Of a stretch of 64,000 nt of DNA, positions 61,772 to 64,000 are shown piece after piece. The notes below the pieces were generated by a model that saw nothing but the letters and a program-made list of their open reading frames with translations, had not been told where the DNA came from and searched no databases. Origin of the DNA: a virus (taxonomy: Duplodnaviria; Caudoviricetes); the IMG/VR virus record IMGVR_UViG_3300020577_013934, positions 13,623 through 77,622 of that record. One strand, given 5' to 3'. Made by a program: the position numbers and the translations under genes. How positions within the stretch are numbered: position 1 is the first letter of the stretch; the number at the start of each line of letters is the position of its first letter.

Positions 61772-63817
61772 ATGCTCGTAGCGGGCACCTTACTCAGAAA
61801 GTCTATCCCCGTGTTTCGCGTGCCGGCGCCCGAGCAATCGTTCCTCGCGCGAGCGTGGGGCGGCGTGCATTCCGACGGCGCGTGGCTCTTCCCCGCCTAC
61901 TTCCCGTTCGCCAAGTGGGTGTTCGAGGACCTGCGGAAGCTCGCGCCCCAGGCGGCGTGGGACGACGCCGCCCGCGACCACCTCGCCGCCGTCCGCGCCG
62001 CCGACAAGGCGTGGGACGCCGCCGCCGCCGCGTGGGAGCGCCGCGAGCCGGCGCCCCTGCCGGTCGACGACGACTTCTTCACCCCCGGCTTTACGCCGTA
62101 CACCCACCAACGCCTCGGCATCGCGCGGCTCGTCCACTGGTGGCGCTCGTTCCTCGACTGGGACATGGGCACCGGCAAGACCCGCACCGCGATCGACGCG
62201 TTCCGCGTGCTCCGCCGCCAGGGGGAGTTCCGGCGCGCGCTCGTCCTCGGCCCGCCCGTCGTGCTGGAGTCCTGGGCCCGCGAGGTCGCGCGCTGCTCGC
62301 GCGGCGCGTGGAAGGCCGTCATCTGGGACGGCACGCCCGAGGCCGAGGCGGCGGCCCAGACCGCCGACGTCGTCCTGGCGTCGTACACCCGCGTCCGCAT
62401 GGAGCGCGAGGCGGCGCACGACGCCGCCCGCGAGCTGGCGATCACCCCCGCGCAGCGCGAGCGCTACAAGCTCGCGCCGCTCACCGAGGCCGACGTCGCG
62501 CGGCTCACGCGCGCCGCGTCCCACCCCCTCCACGCGCTCGACTACGACACCATCGTCGCGGACGAGAGCCACTACCTCGGCAACTGGGCCTCGGGCCAGA
62601 CCCAGGCCGCGATCGAGCTGTCCGCCAAGGCCGTGCGCCGCTACTGCCTCAGCGGCACGCCCGGCGACGACCCCCGCAAGCTCTACGGCCAGCTCTACTT
62701 CCTCTCCCCGGCGCTCGTGCCGCTCCCGTACCACAAGTTCGAGGAGCACCACGTCGTCTACTCGCCCAAGAACAAGCACGTCGTCGTCGGCTTCCGCTTC
62801 CTCAACGAGCTCAACGAGCGCTTCCGCAGCGTCGCGCTGCGCATGAAGAAGTCCGACTGCCTCGACCTGCCGCCGGTCACGACCGTCGACCTGCACTTCG
62901 ACCTCGGCGTCGCGCAGCGCGCCCGCTACAACGAGCTCGTCATGGAGATGGCGATGTCCGTGACGCCGGAGCTGCTCTACGCCGAACCGGCGCGCGTCAC
63001 CGAGGAGTTCGCGGCGCAGCGCCAGTCGGTGCGGCTGCCGCACGGCGCGACGCGCGTCAACAAGATGCTCCAGGTCTTGTCCGGTTTCGTGATCCAGGGC
63101 GCGGACTACTCGATCTGCGACGCGTGCCCCCGCATGGAGGCGTGCGTCGCGGCCAAGATCCGTCCCTACACCAAGAAGTGCGAGGTCGTGCAGGCGGCGC
63201 CCGAGCGGCGCGTCCTGCGCGACATCGAGAACCCGAAGCTCGACCTGTACAAGGATCAGCTCGCGCTGATCCTCGACACCGACGAGACCAACAAGGTGAT
63301 CGTCTGGGCGAACCTCACCGAGGAGCTCGACGACCTGGAGGCCGCGACCAAGGCCCTCGGCGTCGGCTACGTGCGCGTCGACGGCGCGACGCTTGCGCGC
63401 CAGAAGCGCATCGACAAGTTCCAGGACGACGCCAAGTGCCGCGTCTACATCGGGCAGGTCAGCACCGGCATCGGCATCACGCTCACGGCGGCGAACTACA
63501 CGCTCTTCTACTCGCTGCCGTGGGACCCGCTCCAGTACCGGCAGGCGATGGACCGGAACAACCGGCCGGGGCAGCGCCGCGCCATGACGGTCTACCGCCT
63601 GCTCACCTCCGACGCGTCGTGGGGCCTGGACCGCTACGTCGCGCAGGTCCTGCTCTTCAAGGAGGGGATCACGCTCACGCTGACCGACCTGATCGCGTGC
63701 GCCGGCTGCGACCGGCAAACGACCTGCGCGCGCGACGAGATCCTCCCCTTCCGGGCCAAGTGCAAGTACGCTGCGAACGTCGCGCGCCCCGTCGCCGACG
63801 TGGAGGTCATCGAGTAA
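61772..63817 (+). CDS. SNF2-family (SF2) helicase
   Basis: DMGTGKT, IVADESH, LSGTP, GIGITLT, QAMDRNNRPGQ; AAGGAG RBS. Confidence 0.92.
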   Translation: MLVAGTLLRKSIPVFRVPAPEQSFLARAWGGVHSDGAWLFPAYFPFAKWVFEDLRKLAPQAAWDDAARDHLAAVRAADKAWDAAAAAWERREPAPLPVDDDFFTPGFTPYTHQRLGIARLVHWWRSFLDWDMGTGKTRTAIDAFRVLRRQGEFRRALVLGPPVVLESWAREVARCSRGAWKAVIWDGTPEAEAAAQTADVVLASYTRVRMEREAAHDAARELAITPAQRERYKLAPLTEADVARLTRAASHPLHALDYDTIVADESHYLGNWASGQTQAAIELSAKAVRRYCLSGTPGDDPRKLYGQLYFLSPALVPLPYHKFEEHHVVYSPKNKHVVVGFRFLNELNERFRSVALRMKKSDCLDLPPVTTVDLHFDLGVAQRARYNELVMEMAMSVTPELLYAEPARVTEEFAAQRQSVRLPHGATRVNKMLQVLSGFVIQGADYSICDACPRMEACVAAKIRPYTKKCEVVQAAPERRVLRDIENPKLDLYKDQLALILDTDETNKVIVWANLTEELDDLEAATKALGVGYVRVDGATLARQKRIDKFQDDAKCRVYIGQVSTGIGITLTAANYTLFYSLPWDPLQYRQAMDRNNRPGQRRAMTVYRLLTSDASWGLDRYVAQVLLFKEGITLTLTDLIACAGCDRQTTCARDEILPFRAKCKYAANVARPVADVEVIE

Positions 63818-63818
63818 C

Positions 63819-64000
63819 ATGCGCATGGAACTGGAACACGGCGACGTCGTCAAGGCCCTCGCCGTCTACATGAAGACCAAGGGCTTCGTCGTCGCGCCGG
63901 AGCCCGAGAACTTCGTGTTCAAGAACGAGAGCAGCGAGCCCGGCAAGATTGAGCTGCTCGTCCTCGTCAAGAACATGGACACGGCGCCGCCCGAACCGGC
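63819..64000 (+). CDS. Hypothetical protein (3'-partial)
   Basis: ATG 63819 just after the helicase stop; open to the window end. Confidence 0.55.
   Translation, partial: MRMELEHGDVVKALAVYMKTKGFVVAPEPENFVFKNESSEPGKIELLVLVKNMDTAPPEP

Larger units (their letters stand above)
1968..62100. repeat. Dispersed quasi-palindromic motif TTTAC-SSS-GTAAA (32 exact 10-base cores counted by hand)
   Basis: TTTACSSSGT at 1968, 3952, 9560, 12647, 13534, 15373, 17447, 18927, 23510, 26145, 32938, 34806, 36827, 39608, 41324, 43261, 44128, 48778, 51391, 52562, 56412, 62090; ACSSSGTAAA at 6417, 11917, 16825, 22286, 28990, 30748, 46128, 53868, 58464, 58996. Confidence 0.92.

Noticed and set aside
1968-62100. Dispersed motif as a CRISPR array, Chi site or protein-level motif
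   Set aside because: Copies are about 2 kb apart with genes between them, so not CRISPR. The motif is dyad-symmetric and occurs in both orientations, unlike polar Chi. It is translated in different frames and strands, so it is not a peptide motif
1-64000. Genome-wide reassignment of TAG (code 15)
   Set aside because: All long conserved genes are intact under code 11, and TAG ends many genes right before the next start; read-through of most gives non-coding-like sequence
1-64000. Terminase, tape measure, integrase, DNA polymerase, sigma factor, Cas or retron/RT genes
   Set aside because: No supporting motifs found in any frame; probably outside this window or absent

Overview
This window is part of a large, high-GC (about 70% by eye) tailed phage genome with myovirus morphology, not bacterial chromosome. 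No integrase, terminase or tape-measure gene is visible in it. From 1 to about 24 kb it is an accessory region: small hypothetical genes, tRNA-Asn(GTT), a complete tmRNA (tag ANDNAMLAAA), a tRNA with an amber-reading CUA anticodon, three tRNA-flanking HNH genes, a Pth2-like protein, a P-loop kinase, a patatin, an alpha/beta hydrolase, an ATP-grasp enzyme, a PPase-like protein, thymidine kinase, an amidase endolysin and a few dispersed structural genes. From about 24.1 to 61.7 kb an almost entirely minus-strand morphogenesis block runs from the portal through a two-gene multisubunit RNA polymerase (complete beta fused to the catalytic N-terminal half of beta-prime, plus a separate beta-prime C-terminal half), head-internal proteins rich in K-x-A motifs, prohead protease, capsid, neck, sheath, tube and spike. 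An SNF2 helicase is transcribed divergently at the end. The strongest unexplained signal is a quasi-palindromic DNA motif, TTTAC-SSS-GTAAA. I counted by hand 32 exact 10-base core matches plus near matches, about every 1.8 kb. It overlaps promoters and is also written into coding sequences in all frames. Product calls come from motif recognition without database searches, and some start codons are my re-assignments from coupling, RBS or -10 position.
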